Source: Lytechinus pictus
Taxonomy: Eukaryota
Assembly (NCBI RefSeq): GCF_037042905.1
Contig: NC_087250.1
Location: 20,586,001-20,650,000, forward strand
Reading direction: 5' to 3'
DNA: 64,000 nucleotides
Shown here: positions 1 through 15,100 of the stretch, piece by piece
How the letters are laid out: each line of letters opens with the position of its first letter
Position numbering within the stretch: the first letter of the stretch is position 1
Notes under the pieces: generated by a model
The model's input: only the letters and a program-made list of their open reading frames with translations
The model's database searches: none
What the model was told of the DNA's origin: nothing
Made by a program: the position numbers and the translations under genes

Positions 1-247
1 TTAACTGAAAAAAATACAATAACTGCGATATATATAAATATATATATTTGCAAAAAAGTAAATAAGTAGATTATTGCGTAGAAGTGTCCACCTAAATTGG
101 TGTTCAAATTATGAGTAGTTATACTCGATCTACAAATCTTTACACCAGAATACCAGAAGACAATCAAACAGGATTACGTATAGCGCCCTCTGTCCCCCAT
201 TTGTCCCCGCCCTCCCCTCTAATTCCATCCGCTGGTCCGCTCTGATC

Positions 248-555
248 AGTGACACGACAAATGCTCCCGCAACATTTGCTCTGGTCTTAATATCTATATT
301 ATAGTACATGGTACATGGTGATTTTTAACCTGATTGCTAAGAATGCATGAATGATTGTAAGCAAGCAACCAACGGCTTAAGGTCCTCTCAGAGGGCATAG
401 GGTTGGAGTTAGGACTGTAATAGAGTTTTTGGTTCAGAATACATGTGATTAGTGTTTACTTGGTTTTTGATGGTAAGGCTTTGTTTTTGTTTTTCATATT
501 AAGCGTGCAGATTTTCCATCGGAGCAATAGTCGCCGGAGCAAATGTCATGGAACC
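248..555. mobile_element. MITE with 8-bp TSD CTCTGATC just downstream of the ZIP stop, with a nested SINE fragment; family also at ~19078-19287
   Basis: ACGACA(A/T)TGCTCC..GGAGCAAATGTCAT inverted ends; ctctgatc at 240-247 and 556-563. Confidence 0.7.
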
Positions 556-573
556 CTCTGATCCTGTTTATTT

Positions 574-711
574 CTAAAGAGCGAATGAGATGGAGTCTTC
601 ATAAAGAGCAATGATCAGGATGATTCCAATGCCCAATAAGAAGCCTATATTCTGCAAGATTGCCACGGTGCCCTTGTTGCTCTTTCCTTCGTAGTTTAGT
701 AATATAGGAAG
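574..711 (-). CDS. ZIP exon 12 (TM8, stop)
   Basis: tttcag|[40 protein letters not shown]. Confidence 0.92.
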   Translation of the reverse strand, partial: LPILLNYEGKSNKGTVAILQNIGFLLGIGIILIIALYEDSISFAL

Positions 712-2361
712 CTGAAAAGATAAGACAAATAAAAAAAAAAATCAATTTGAATTTCGAATACTCTTATTTCTTCCGTTTATTAAGGAATAGGTCACTTTTT
801 TTCCAAACACAGTTAAATAGAAATAAACAAGATGTCTACAGTGCGTCACATAGGACCTAAACAACGAAACTGAGATTTATCATATTTCAATAAAAAATAA
901 AATAGAAAAAATGACCTTTCATTGTGAAGCTTAGAGTCTCCTATACTGAGTATTTTATCTGGCATAACTTAAATCATTCCTCATTCGCGCATGAGTGAGC
1001 AAAATGAAATTGATGATATCAAAAAGTCGTTGGTTACTACTAAGAGAGTTTGGATAAATTTTCCAAATATTCAAACAACAATGTTCAGCTTTTAAGCTAT
1101 AAATACGCTTCTGTTTAAAGGAGAAGTTCACCCTGAAAAAAAGTTTGTTGTAAAAATAGAAGAAAAAATATTGGCGAAGGTGTGGTGAAAATCCATTAAA
1201 GGTTTAGAAAGTCATTAAAATTTTAAGATTGGATTTGTGATGTCATAAACGAGCAGTTGCCCCATTTATGCAGCCTAATATGCAATGCAAAAAATCATTT
1301 TTTTTAATGGTTCGTGATGACTTGTTTTTTTTTAGGAACGGATGAGATATGATTTGTCTATCGATATACTGACTTCTGAAGGTACAGTAAAAACCATGTG
1401 TAATTTTCTGAGAAAATAACATTTCATTGATTTTTTAGGTAGAAAAGCTGCTCGCATGTGACGTCACAATATGGACGTTTTTAATGCGTCGGTATCCATC
1501 ATAAAAAAGATGCTCATGGTGCAGTAAAGAAAGAAGAATAAGAAAAGGACACTTAAAAAGTTAAAAAGGGGAAGAATTATAATTACTCAAACTTAATTAA
1601 GTAAGATTCTAATAACTTTTTAATTCTTTGATTTTTCTCAAACCTTCGGCAATATTTTTATTATTTTTTCTGCTAATTTTACAATTAACTTCTGTCAGGA
1701 TGAACTTCCCCTTTAATTGTTTTTACATATTTTGGTTTATTAAAAAAATAATACCCGATCAGTCTACGTAGAACACTAGGTTGCATGATGCATTTCGTTT
1801 ACTTTTAATATGTCTGCATTTTTTCAGGGGAGGGGGGGTTACTTTTATTTTCTTTTAACCAATTTTCTGAAACATAAGCAAAGTAGGACTGGTAAAGTGA
1901 CAGATTATTCATTGTAAAAATTCTGTTCAACCAATCAGAGGCAAGGATTTCAGTAGCTTATAACAGTTGATGCTTACCATGTCAACGAGTCCAACGTAGA
2001 GGAACATGCCTGCCACTGCAGCGAAGATCCACTCTCGGGCAACATCAGTTTGTCCAAGTGGTATTCCGACCCACAATCCGAGGAAAGCCGTACAAGCGCA
2101 GAGCATGTTCAGGAGGAGCGCCGTGCGGAGCCGCATTCCTTGCTTTATGAGGACGGCCAAATCACCTACGGGGAAAATATGGAATAATCCGTGATTTAAG
2201 TTAATTTTGTTGGCACTTTTATTATCTAGGCCTATAGTGGATGTCATCATCATCATCATCGCCATCATGATGATAATGATGATGATCATGATGATGATGA
2301 TCATCATCATCATCGTCGTCGTCGTCGTCATCACCATCACCATCATCATCATCATCATCAT

Positions 2362-2392
<31 letters not shown>

Positions 2393-3102
2393 CTCGCAAC
2401 CACCATCACCATCTTCATCACCATCATCACCATTATTATCAACATCATCATCATCATCTTCATCGGCATCATCACCATTATTATCATGATCATGACAATG
2501 ACGATAATGATCTCCATCATCGTCACCATCAGCACCCAACACCATCACGAGTAAACATATTAGATCGATACCTAGTTCGTGCGGAAGCTCGTGGCAGAGG
2601 ACAGCTACGCTTGTTGAAAGTCCAGCAGCGAGACTGAGTGAGAAGGCAGCACCGATAGCCAGTCCGTCTCCAAAGTTATGCAACGCATCGCCGAAGATTA
2701 TCATCATAGCAACAGGATTGCAACCTGCAGCAAGAAAAAAAAAACGACATTAGTATTTGGATTAGGCGAAGGCCTCTCGGATTCCTTTCCTTATTACAAT
2801 CATCGTATTTGTATATGTATTTATTTAGACATACAAAGTAAAACACGTCAAAGGGATACAAAAAAAGTTTGAAAACCCATACGAGTTTGAATCTCAAAAC
2901 AATTAAAATGAAGTAGCATAAAGATAAAAGTATAAGTTTAACAATCGGAAAATAAAACAATGTAAATTAAAATAGAAAAGGACATAGATAACTTTTATAG
3001 ATTTATGTAACAACTAAAAATATCGTGGTAATCATCATCTTCATCATCACTCACATCACCGCCACTGTCAACATCATCGATACCACCATCATTTTTTATA
3101 CT

Positions 3103-3144
<42 letters not shown>

Positions 3145-6100
3145 TTCATCTTCATCATCATCATCATCATCATTATCATCATCATGATGATGATGATCAT
3201 TATCATAATCATCATGATCATTATCATGATGAGGATCATCATCATCATGATGATCATGATCATCATCATCATCACCATGACCACCACCACCACCACCATC
3301 TACACCACCATAACCACCACCATCATCATCGTCATCACTGATACGTTTGTTACAATGTATGTTACAATTTAGGGGACCGGGTATTATTCCTGGCATTGGC
3401 GGACCGTGACCTGGAGGAGACAAAGCATTGGAGGGGCACTGTATTGTTTGTGAACAATGCTGTGCCCCTCCAATGCTTTGTCTCCTCCGGGTCACGGTCC
3501 GCTACTGTAAATTTCCTGGCATGGAAGATGCCACTTACTTAAAAAAAAGTAAAAAATAGACCAACCGTACCTTCTACGCAGCAATTAGTTTCTGCAGTTG
3601 GAATTTCAACAGCTTCGTCAAGTTTTTCCTCGTGGTTTGCCTGTGAATGATAATAACAATAATAAAAATAATAATAATAACAATAGAAGTACAAATATAG
3701 GGCACCTTGAACCTCAGTCACTTCTGCCTGTTAATCAGTCTGCATATCGAAAATTCCATAGTATTGAAACAGTCCTCCTTAGAATTAAAATGATCTCTTA
3801 ATGTCCATGGACGATAAAAAGGTCTCATTGCTGCTTCTACTTGATACGAGCAGTGCCTTTGACACGATAGACCACTCATGCATAGTTGAAACACTTCAAA
3901 CCATTCTGCAATCAATGGCAATGCACTCGAATGGATTAAATCCTATCTTTCAGAGAGAAGGCAGTCAATCGAAATGGATATACTGTGTCAGATGTATTCA
4001 AGGTGCCTTTTGGTGGACCGCAGGGGTCACGTCGCGGCCCCTTATTGTTTACTATGTACACAAGTATAGATTTTCTTTACGGTATAAAAAGAGAGTATCC
4101 CAGTATCAATTCCCACTGCTATGCAGACGACAAACAACTATAATTATCTTTCTCCCCAAATACATCCCGAGATAATGAATCGTTAGAAGATTGTGTGGTA
4201 TATATCAGAACCTGGATGCTTCAAAATAAGGTAATGTTGAATGATAGAAAAACTTAATTTTTGGTCATTGGTACCCCACGTCAGGTTTCAAAATTTGGGG
4301 GCTATAGCTTAACTGTTGGCGATTCGGTTATAACTCCATCAGATAAAGCCAGAAACCTTGGTGAAGTCTTTGATACCCACTTAGGCATGAAATCACAAAT
4401 CAACAATGTTTGTAAATCCGCTTATTTCATGCTCTATAACTTGAGACGTGTTCGCAAATTCTTTGATCAAGACAGCGTGAAAACTATTGTTCATGCTTGT
4501 ATCACAAGTAAATTGGATTACTGTAATAGTGTTCTCTATGGATTACCCGATTCTCAAATAAGCAAACTGCAGAGAGTGCAAAACACATGTGCACGTTTAA
4601 TATGTCGTCTTCCCAAATTCTCTCCAGTCACCCCATTATTGAGAGAATTACACTGGCTACCTGTCCGGCAACGAATCACATTTAAGATCCTAATGATAGT
4701 CTTTAAAGTTCTTAATGGTCAGGCCCCAAGTTATATCTCAGATCTCTTGAAATTGACATCTCGATCTCATGACCATCACCTTCGTAGCTCACAAGATACA
4801 ACCACAGTGCAAATACCCCCACACAAGACTAAAGCATAATTTCTGATGTCATCCGTATTAAATCCTGATTAAATTTTTATTGTCAAATATCAGGGGTAGA
4901 TGTGGACTTGTTCAGTAACGGCAAAGCTGCAAATCTAAGCCAAATAGTCAGAGCGGGATACGGCTTTTGTTACCGCCGGACCGTGCCGCGGCTGCGAAAC
5001 TGCCGGTGTAGGCTAAACATATAGGCCCGTATTCTGAAGTCAGGTTCAATTTAAACTCTAGTTTAAAGTAACTGTGGTTTAACTATGGAAAGCCAGTTTT
5101 GACATAAATCTGTAACAGTAGAGATTAAAATGTATCAGCTCATTGACTCTCAAATTATTCTTTACTGTCTGGGAAAGATTAATAAGATATTGGCTTCCTC
5201 ATTAAAGAATTAGATAAGGGCACAGTAAACATGAGAAGCATACAATGTAAACATAATTTTGACATGTTTGGCTTCCCATGATTTTAGCACAGAGTTAGAC
5301 CATGGTCTAAGTTAAACCTGACTTCAGAATACGGGCCTAGGTGTGGGAATTGGTGTCAAACAAGCTTGAGTTAACCTTGAAATATAAAAGTTAGGCCCGG
5401 GCCTACTGATTTTTTGACACTGCTATTTCATCTTTATATTAATCAATATAGCGGCGAATTTGGTACTGGTAGATTCGGTACTAGGCACAAAATCCGCAGG
5501 CGGATCGTGTTCAAACTCTGGCGGATTCAGTACCAATTTCTCTTTGGGAGATATCGTTGTTGCTATCTTTCATGCACGTACCTCATGTACGCATACGTCA
5601 CGTGGTACGTGGCCACGGCGCACGAACTCGCTGGGCTACCCCCCCCCCCCCGATATTGCCAGCGGATACGGTATCCGCCGATGGAACCTACTGAATCTGT
5701 GTTGAGTGTGGTGGGGGCATTGGCGGCGGAAGTCAAAAATTTCAGGGGGGGGGACCACCAAAAATTTGACAAGCAATAAAAAAAAAGGTTATCAACCTAA
5801 AATTTTAGGGGGGACGCAGGAAAAAAAAAGGATTTAAGGGAGGGATCACCAAATTTTTGGACAAGCAAAAAAAAAAAAAAAAGTTATCAACTAAAAATTT
5901 AGGGGGGGATCGTCCCCCACCTCAAATTTAGGGGGGGGGGGGGGGACACGTCCCCCTGTCCCCCCGCCTATGGGTGGGGGTGGGATGCGAGTGTGTGGGA
6001 GAACTCCGAGGATCATGAATATCAAATCTTCTCTCATAAATCTTATAAGTGTATTTTGATAATTTACAGGATTCAAGATTTTCTTTTGTGTGTGTGATAC

Positions 6101-9100
6101 AAACATCAAGAAATGGTAAATAATTTGTTTGATTTTAGGTTGTACTTTTTTCAATTAGACATATATATTATGTATGTGTATAAATGTAAGAGAAAAGAAT
6201 ATAGAAAAAAATGTATATCAGATATTTTGAGAACAAATTGAATTGATGTAGAATTTATTCATGACATTGTTCTACTTCATTTTCGTTAAGAATTGTCAAA
6301 TGCATAAATGTGTTGATCACAATAATTGTACGTTCAAACAAAGCGTTGTAATTACGGTGTGATTTAATTTGATACCGTTTTTAATTTATGTTCATGAATG
6401 TAATATTTACTATGTTCAATTTTGTTTGATGAGAGAAGAAAATAAAAGATTATCACCAAAAAAAAAAATCCGCCGCTACACCGGCAAAGTGTTAACACCC
6501 TCTACGTTCGTTGATTGAAACTAATTATTACCAGATCAGTTTTTGACTCGGTGATAGTCGGTTGGGTGAAAGCCGTACCGTTCACCGGCGAACCGTTCTT
6601 GATGAAGGAATTCCGAGTGGACAAGCTACGCCGACGTTGCCCGTTGATTGTCATCTCCATGTCCTCTACTGACTGGTTGTGTGAGTGTCCGAAGATCTGT
6701 CAATGGGGATGTAAAAATAATTTAAGATTAACGTTTGATGCAGGGTTTAATGGTATCGGCTTGTAAGTTATATCAGGGGCCCATTTCATAAGCCTAATTT
6801 TAATACTCCCCCTACTCGAATTATAAAATGATACCTATGTTCTGCACCAAAAACAAAAATCAGGGGCTTTGGAACTAAATTTTGGTCTTCTTGTTGTCGG
6901 GTCACTACACAAGACCTGTCCAGTAGAGGGTACAGTATCTGGCTTCGGGATTAAAGGACTCCAGATCTTCGGCAGTGCATGGCTCTGGTAGGAGGGGGCA
7001 GACCAGAAGGTGTTGCATCGTCTGATCCTCCCCACACTCGCAAGCAGTGTCCCCATCTATGTTGTAGCCCCATTTCTGCATAAGGACTTTGCACCGTCCT
7101 GTCCCAGACCGTAGGCGATTAAGACATTGCCAGGTTGGCCATTCCTCACTTGAACCCGGGGGAGGGGGGGGGGGGGGGGAGTGACTCGCTAGGTCCATAG
7201 GAAACCTTGTGCGTCACAGACTGGAGGTGGTTGGACCATAAGTTGACCCTTTGATCGTGAGCAGAGCCATCGAGGGGTTCAGTCGAGTGAAGGAAACTAC
7301 GTCTTGATTTGAGTCTCTTTTGGGCGGGTTCATGGTTGTAGAGTGGATGGAGAGGATTATCTTCTTGTTTAGTTTTTTCCACCTGTGCTTCAACCTCTCT
7401 TCTGATGTGTGGAGGGGCAATGGCACACAGTAGGTAAAGATCATCTACTCTTATTGGTCGTAGGCAGTCAGTAATTGCTCTGCAGGCAGCATTCAAGGCT
7501 GGATCAATCTTCGCAGCATGGGATGACCTACACCAGACAGGAGCTGCATACTCGAAAGCTGAGTAGCATAGAGCAAGAGCAGTTGTACGGATGGTTTTGG
7601 CATCTGTTCTTCATTTCGTGTTGGCAAGCTTCTTCAGGATGCTGTTCCTTGCTCCAACTTTAGCCTTTGTCTTGGCAACATGTTCTCTGTATGTTAGGGA
7701 ACGGTCAAGGGTGACACCGAGGTAGATAAGCTTGCTGGTGTGTGCCAACCACTTTCCATACCATCTGACCCTCAGTCTCCGGTCTGCATCTCTGTTCTTA
7801 AGATGGAAAGCACTGAGTTGGGTTTTCTCTGGATTTGCTCGGAGATGATTTGCTGCATAGTAAGGGGTCAGGCCTGCCAGTGCATCACTGAGTGCTTTTT
7901 CCACCTCTTCAAAGGACTGCTTCTGCGATGCAATTCAAAGGTCATCAGCGTCCAGGTAGCTCTTGGTACTTGGATGGATTGGTTGGTCGTTCGTGTAAAT
8001 GTTGAAGAGGAGTGGGGCGAGGACGCTTCCTAAATGGGGGTCTCCGGAACTGTTCTAGTATTAGTGATTGCTAACAATGCAATGCTCTGGAATGGCATAA
8101 ATTCTTTATTCCGGAACGTGCATGAATATGCAAAAATTGGTCATGACGTTTCCGTGGCATTTTCATATATCGTGAAATAACAACAATATCAATGAAATGT
8201 CATTTTTAAAAAGTTGAATATTTCATATTTTTAATTGTACCTTCAGTATATCAAGAATCTTTGAAGTCATCATGAACAATAAAAAAAAATTGATGCATTC
8301 TTCATTAGATTATATTTATATATATACACAACAAAAAAGTAAGTCCCCCCTAAATCAAATTGCTGTAACTTTTGAACGGAATTATTTTGAGATCTGATAT
8401 TTCGTAGGTAGTTTTCTACACTCATTAAGCAACTCCTGGGGGAAAATGAGATTGATCGGTTGAGTCATGCATGAATAGTTAAAGATTGAATTAAAAATGA
8501 CCATTTTTGAAAGTCACAAGAGTCGTTTTCCAGATTGTGCAAATACAAAGTTGGGCAAAAGTTGTTTTTAGGTGAATTTTATGGTGTTAATGCTGTATTA
8601 CTATCCATCATTTAGCCACTCAACACACAATTTTGATATCGTATGTTCATGGTTGAGTGAGCACAATATTTCAGGGGCCGCAGAAGCGGGGGGGGGGGGG
8701 GGTTGGGGGCCCCCCACTTTTTCCAAAAACATGTACAAAAATGTAAAATTGACCATACGATTGTGATTTTTTGCATGGTCAGCCCCCCCCCACACTTTTT
8801 GCTCAGCCCCTCCCCCACACTTTGAAAACCGTTCCGCGGCCCCTGTATTGTGACGTATCATCATAGGGGTTTTGATAGTATCCTCTACAACTTGTTAGGT
8901 CTTATCAAAATTTGAAAATGTTGGTGGCTACCCCGATTATAGTCCCCTCCCCCATTTTTAAATTCTGGATACCCCCCTGATTTGTCCATGAATTAACTGA
9001 TCATGAGAAATTGTTAGGAAAAGAATACATGTATGCAGTATAAAGAGTATTCATTCCTAAGTTTTCGAATGTGCTCGCTCAACCATGAAAATGTTAAAAG

Positions 9101-12100
9101 TTCGGAAAGTGTGTGGTGATAGAAATGATGGTTGATAAAAACAACAGCAATTAAAGTCACATTTGAAACCGAATTTGCCCCCAATATTGAACTTATTACC
9201 CTTTAAAATGAGTCTGTGACATTGAAAATACCCATTTTCCAACTTTGATGCGTGCTCACTCATCCATGAATAAACAAATCGATTTCATTTTTGCACAGAA
9301 TTCTGCCCATAGGTTGATAAACATTACTGCCAAATGACATCGCTAAAGACAGCCTTGAAAAAAAGTTCCACCATATTTAATAAGGGGTTACTTATTCATA
9401 AACATATGCACCCATAATGTACACAAGTCAAGAGAGAGGAAGTCAAAATTTTAACAAATATGAAATAAGGGTTTGTTTCATGGACGGTTTCTGTTACTTC
9501 TGCCAACAGTTATTTCATGAACCTTCGCACATGGCTTCAGGGTGACACTATCCAAAAGGCGCGCACACCAAAATAACAATTCGATACGGCACAGAGTGGG
9601 GCCAAGGCCTTGAACTTTCTTCCCATTTGCATAATTTTCGAATATTGTGTGCTCATTGATGCATTAAGCATCGGGATTTTCATAAAAATCAAATCGAATG
9701 AACCATGCAAGGAGGTTTGTGACAGATATCCATTGTTACAAATTGCATTTTTTCCAATAACGTAAAAAAGAGCTAATCACATTCCACATGTTCATTCAAG
9801 CGTGAATGTTTAATTGAACGCCTTTGAATCATTGAAGCATGTTGATTGCTCATGAACATAACGAAAAAAATGATAAAAGATCAGTATCAGTTACCAAAAT
9901 GACACAATACTTGCCTATGATATTTGAAAATCGTAATTTTTGTTTTCAATAAATGTTCATTGAACCGTGAAACAATGAATATTGTTGAAGATACTCTTCC
10001 CAAAAATAATTTTCATCATATTCGATCATTTTTATTGATAAAAATGTGTAAAAAATCAAATTATAGCAAATTTGGACTTGTGTTTATTCAACCGTGAAAT
10101 TTAGCCAAAAAAGTTGCATCGTCTTTTAGAAAGTACCTTTACAAGCCTTCTGACTATATTTCATGATGAGAATGTGGAATCAGTTCATATGAAATGGAAT
10201 CAAAGTCATGATATTTGGCTTTTGACTTTTGAAAAGTGACATTTTTGCCTTCCGACGGTGCTCACTGAAGCATGACGTAAAATACGTTCATAACATTTAC
10301 TCAGAAGGTAGCTTATAAAATTACCTACACGCTCATGTAAAAATATATCAAAAACTCGCATTGGTTCGGAAATTATTGATGTTTGTTCAAGGGGGGACTT
10401 ACTTTTTTTGTTGTGTATATATGGGGCAGCTGCTCGCATACCAACTCACAAATCAAAAACCTAAAGCTCTAATAACTTTCTTAATATTTGATGGACTTCC
10501 CTCAAACCTAATTCACCAAGATTTTTGGTGGTATTTTTACAACAACCTTTTATGAGGATGATCTTCCCCTTTCAGGGTGATATCTGATCTAGAGAATGCT
10601 CAATCAAACTAATTCATAATCCGTATGGTTGATGGTTATCTAAAAATGTGTATATTTGTCAAACTAGTTGTTTATAACACGCATTTGAGTCGAGTGAAAA
10701 AGGACCATCACCTACCCCCAAGAAAGTAGTCGTTTGCTCGAAGACGAAGAACACATACAGAGCCATCTCCACAACCAGACACTTCCAGATATAGGCCATC
10801 TCAGGATCGGTTGGTTTATGTGCACCCTCTCCCTCGCCGTGGTCGTGTGAGTGTAGTCCTACAGCCTGGAAAAAAAATATTAAAGAGAGGAAGGCGTTAG
10901 GACGACTTCGTTGACTGGCATATGAAGGGGCAAGGGGGGGGGGGGGGGCTCTGGCCCTTCAGAACCGACAGGACCAAGAAGGGGGGGGGGTGCAATAAAA
11001 TTCTGAAAGAAATTTGAAACAAGATGGGAAAGCGATCGAGCACGTCTTTAGGGCGCTTTGTCTTTGAAAATGAAGGATTATGTACCCTCTTTTGGTGAAT
11101 TTGGTGATCATTTTCAGTAAAACATTTTTCCAAATTACGCGGGGGCATGCAGGGAGGAAATGATGGAGGGGAAAAAAGAAAGGAAGCGGAAGATAATAAT
11201 AAAATGATTATCTAAAATAATTAATTTGTATTCCATAATGAGATTTCTTATCAAAAAGACTAAAATTTCCCTGGGCTTGCTAGTCGTTTATTTATTTTTT
11301 AAGAGACAGTTTGTTCCATACAATTAAGTCGAATTCCATTTTAAACACACGAGCTGAGGGAAAAATGATTACATATGTGTTCCCTAAAGTGTTTGATGCC
11401 CGCCGTTTCGTAAAGACTTATTAACATAACACAATACACAATTTTATAGCATATTCATAACATCGGATATAACGATTTCAGTCAGTAGCTTAAAACTTTT
11501 ATTGGAATTTGTTATTATAAAACGTGTTATGAAACGGTCCCCTGGTTTTCATGACAATCATTTCTCATGAAAAACTCAAAGCCAATACGAATCAGCAGCC
11601 GCCTTGTAAAGCGCCAACATACGTCTTCAACTACTCAAATCTGTGTAGGTTCATAACACATAATGCATCATTCTCAGCAGTGTAGTCTTGTAATATAAGC
11701 CAATTGGAATGATAACACCAATCCTCTACTCGATACATTCGTATAGAAACCGCAATAATTCTGTTACAAAGTAGGATTACAAATACTTTCCATCTCAAAA
11801 TATTTGAGTTTCTCTTTAGCCTACAAATAATATCATTGGCCAATAAGAAACTATTATCTGAATTATTAAGAGCTATCTCAAAAGGATTATTTTAAGACTA
11901 GCTATTTATAACACACAGTCAATGATAGACCGCATTAAGAATGCATACCCACGTAGTGTTGAATGATGACTAACATTTCTCATGAATAGCTTGACATTGC
12001 TTACCTGTGGGAGAAGATGCAAGATAGCATCACCAGTCAATGTCGCCACGGCCAATGCGATCATGGTCTGTATGGTTTTGTCGTAGAACGAGTCCGACAT

Positions 12101-15100
12101 ACACGGTATGAACAGGCCACCAAGGACCGAGGATAAACTGATGATTAACACGGCCAAAGTGCCATATCCCCACACTGCATAAATATATGAAAAAGGAATA
12201 TTTTTATATCTGATATATGTGTTTCACCACCAAAATGGTTACTTAATTTAAATATTCCCCTTTTAAAGAGTTTATGAATACTTTCCTTAATGGAACTATA
12301 TGATCTTCATGTCTTGATACAATATTACTCAATAACATTGAGCGTTAAATAAAGTGGGCGTCAGCACTATAAGCTGACTTGAAGTAAAACCTAACTCTCT
12401 GTTAAACACCCCAAGTTTGTGTTTTTCATCATATTTTGAAATCATATTAAAGAATTATACTACGCCGTATAAAAAAGTTATACACAGCAAACACGACGGT
12501 GTTAATTTAACACCAGCCTGGTATCTCTATCGGTCCACACCAGATAAGCCTTGAAACAACACCAGTTATAAGAATCAAACCGATATTGGTTCAACAGTAA
12601 TTAGTGTTGCTTAAATGCCAAATTGGTGTGGACCGATATAGATACCAGGCTGGCGTTAAATCAACACCGGTGTTTTACCAGTGTACACTCTCGTTGATAT
12701 TTTAATATAAACTAATATTAGCAATTTTCTGAACATTGGATAAGCCAAGTAGAGGCGCAAGGGATGTATGCCCCCTTGTTTGTTATGAGAATTTCCCTTT
12801 AAACAATCTAAGAAAATCGTCACCCGCACCTTCAATTTTCAAACTTAGTTTTTGCTCCCCTTCTATTTCAAAATCCTGTATCAACCACTGCTGATTGCCG
12901 AATCCTTTCAAGTTAATTCACAATCAGTTCAACAAATTGAATTAATACAAAAAATAATTTCGTATATATGAATGACCTATATTGACACGTAACTTTAATT
13001 CAGTCAATTTCAGCTCAATATGGACAGCACAGGCATGCATTGAAATAAAAAAGTTGATTTGAATTGAATTCTAATTAAACGAAAATTTATAATAAAATTT
13101 ACATACAAGCCGTACGGTAAATATAGACTGATAATATTCCTATACAGACCAATGTCGGCACCTATTTAATTCAAAATTCTTTTCTGGACTCTTTATATAT
13201 GTTTGATTAATCGTTTTCCTGTTTTAAAGAAAATGAAGTAAAGAATTATAAATTGATTTTCCTATACATTTTGATTCATTATGTAAACGGTTTGTTTGAA
13301 AAACATCCACTTTTGCCATCAAAAGGAAAAGATAACAAAAAGGAAAAAGAAAGTTTCATCATAATCACGTAAAATTCAAATGCTCATGTTCGTTCATGTC
13401 ATTATTCACAACATCCGAGTTCGTTCGAACTTTATCTATTTTTTGTGCTCAGATCACGTTTCAGTATCAAAGCAACGTTATCACTATATATTGATAAACA
13501 TCCTCATAAATAATTATGATCTACTAGCATGTTGTCTGTTTTGTCGCTTTTTTGTTGCTGTTCCACAATATCTAAAGAAAAAAAAGAATGAACAGGCCTC
13601 CAAAGACCGAGGATAAACTGATGATTAACACGGCCAAAGTGCCATATCCCCACACTGCATAAATATGAAAAAGGAATATTTTTATATCTGATATAGGGAT
13701 GTGTTTCACTAAAAGTTAAGTATGATTCAAGGCCACCGCAGACCTTACGATTGGTCTGCGACCCGATTTTGGAATACAACTTAGAATTTAATGCTAATAT
13801 TGGGTGATGGAATATCTTTCTGTGTAAAGTTCTAAATCATCGTAAATATACCCATGTTCAAATCTGTGACTATGCTATTATCCTTATCAGAATAAAAGCG
13901 AATTCAAATTCTATAATGACGTCATGGCAACTTACGATTTCCAAACGATTTGAAACTTACTTGGCTTTTACACACAATCATCCAATTTGTTTAATATTGG
14001 TAATCTTTCAGTCAATATGAACTTCATATAAAATGATACTTTTCATTATTTTACATTTTCAGAAAATGAGCAAAATGTGCAGTTGCGTGCCGAATAAAAG
14101 GCATCACCACATTGATCAAAATATGCTAAGAGGACGCGCGCTAAGTGCAAGCGCTTTTTATGATTGATTTGTGTTGATTTTGTATTTATGTTTTTCTCAT
14201 TTGTATTATGGGGAAAATGAATATAGAAATGAAATAAATCAATAAGTTTCAGTTCAATTCAAGATCAATCGTGATAAGTGAAAGAAAAAGTGTTAAGACG
14301 CCACCAATAGTCATATCTAGTACATCTTTTTTTATTTTAAAAAAGATAATTGATAACACTTGCTATTCCAAAGTAGCAATTAAAACGAATACTATTATGA
14401 AAATATGAAATTTATAGTACATATCCCAAAATAATGTGTACGCTCAAGTTTATCAGTTGACGAAATCCCTGTAAATAAGCAGACATCGGCCGATTTATTG
14501 ACCATAATTTTGGTTGATGTTGACATTTTTTATCGGTCGGACACATACTGTATTCACCACCAGAATGGTTACTTAATTTATTAAATATTCCCCTTTTAAA
14601 GAGTTTATGAATACCTTCCTTAATGGAACTATACGATCTTTATGTCTTGATACAATATTACCCAATAAAATTGAGCGTTTAATAAAGTGAGCCTCAGCAC
14701 TATAAGCTGTCTTGAAGTAAAACCTAACTCCCTGTTAAACACCCCAAGTTTGTGTTTTTCATATTATATTTTGAAATCATATCAAAGAATTATACTACGC
14801 CGTATAAAAAAGTTATACACAGCAACAACGACGGTGTTGATTTAACACCAGCCTGGTATCTCTATCGGTCCAAACCAGAGAAGCATTGAAACAACACCAG
14901 TTATAAGAATCAAACCGATATTGGTTCAACACTAATTAGTGTTGCTTAAATGCCAAATTGGTGTTAGCCTAACGCCAAACCGGTTTTGTTTACAGTTTCA
15001 AAACCTCTTTGGTGTGGACCGATATAGATACCAGGCTGGCGTTAAATCAACACCGGCGTTTTACCAGTGTACATTCTCGTTAATATTTTGATATAAACTA

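Noticed and set aside
2207..3495. Poly-Ile/Met/Asp ORFs
   Set aside because: Translations of intronic (ATC)n microsatellites; only 1978-2165 and 2572-2724 are real exons in this area.
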